This document shows positions 63,253-64,000 of a DNA stretch of 64,000 bases, piece by piece (position 1 is the stretch's first letter; each line of letters starts with the position of its first letter). This stretch comes from Chamaesiphon sp. GTDB lineage: Bacteria; Cyanobacteriota; Cyanobacteriia; Cyanobacteriales; Chamaesiphonaceae. Where the stretch lies: assembly GCA_965246715.1 (NCBI GenBank), contig CBDFFH010000053.1, forward strand, positions 1-64,000. Reading direction: 5' to 3'. The notes under the pieces were generated by a model that worked only from the letters and a program-made list of their open reading frames with translations, was not told the origin of the DNA and searched no databases. A program made the translations under genes and the position numbers.

Positions 63253-64000
63253 TCAGACAGTGGCTTCTAGATAAATTTCCCAAGGTTGGGTAAAGTTGCC
63301 GAGCATTTCTGGTGAGAGCCGAAATCCTGTCGGATCGTCGTCGATCAGGTCGGTGGTTTGCGATCGATAGGCGGCGATTGCTTGCTGTTTGAGATCGATA
63401 ACCGGGGAGATGTCCAAGCGCCAAGGGTTGATGATGCCTTCAGCGATCGCTCGGCGTTGATTTCGATCCCAATCCCAGATTGGATACTCGATCGTTCTGG
63501 GGGCGAAGGGGCAGCGCGCTAGTGCGGCGGTTACGATCTGCCAGGTGGCACGGTGATCGGGATGCGGATCGTTGCGCCACGGTAGTAATACTAGCTGGGG
63601 CGTGGTTGCGGCTAAATAGGCATGGCACACAGCGGCAGCGGCGTTAAAGTTGGTCTCTTCAGCAGCGGGGACGGCACTGTCGGGAAGTTGCATGAAGGTA
63701 ATCTCGGATTTTGGCACGCCCAATAGTGCCATTGCCGATCGGGTTTCATTTTTTCGCAATTGTTGTAAGGCAGGTGCGGGATATTTGCGAGAGTTGGGAT
63801 GGGACTGCGAGCCGTCGCTGATGACGAGGATACGGACTTTACAGCCGCGAGCTGTGAGGAGAGCGATCGCGCCAGCGCAGCCGAGTGTTTCATCGTCGGG
63901 ATGCGGGGCGACAACTAGGACGCGATCGGTTGCCATGTCGGAAATCGATCGGAGTGGTAAAGTGTGGGGCTGGGCGAGCGGCGAGCGCGGGAGATTAATC
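63253..64000 (-). CDS. PIG-L family deacetylase (start at 63936 or just beyond the window edge)
   Basis: APHPDDE, HPDH, AYRSQ; the frame stays open from 63936 to the window edge. Confidence 0.9.
   Translation of the reverse strand, partial: INLPRSPLAQPHTLPLRSISDMATDRVLVVAPHPDDETLGCAGAIALLTARGCKVRILVISDGSQSHPNSRKYPAPALQQLRKNETRSAMALLGVPKSEITFMQLPDSAVPAAEETNFNAAAAVCHAYLAATTPQLVLLPWRNDPHPDHRATWQIVTAALARCPFAPRTIEYPIWDWDRNQRRAIAEGIINPWRLDISPVIDLKQQAIAAYRSQTTDLIDDDPTGFRLSPEMLGNFTQPWEIYLEATV

Overview
Cyanobacterial chromosomal window (apcABC, psb28, cruP, cyAbrB, HCP/CTDH). CGATCG palindromes are very dense, in both GCGATCGC and TCGATCGA forms, which suggests a Chamaesiphon-like organism (inference). 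Most of the window is housekeeping: hisIE, proA, corA, gmd/fcl and EPS transferases, tadA, uvrC, moaB, bioF, gloB, queF, ftsH, pheA, rnhA, rnhB, rne, iscS and lpxC-fabZ-lpxA-lpxB. Accessory features are: (1) an apparently intact ISAzo13-family element (31883-33198, TAA target duplication, -1 frameshift) inserted in a decayed LRR/Roco gene; (2) a HigA + coiled-coil two-gene cassette flanked by a diverged duplication of the neighbouring gene's 3' end and followed by an Imm32-like orphan gene; (3) an Rpn/DUF2887 gene with a probable internal start; (4) a divergent HCP/CTDH 'split OCP' pair; (5) many intergenic REP-like hairpins and MITEs, some nested, including a 36-bp repeat / 36-bp spacer / 36-bp repeat unit. 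I recognised no rRNA, tRNA, cas or reverse-transcriptase genes. All family assignments come from motif recognition by eye, not from database searches.
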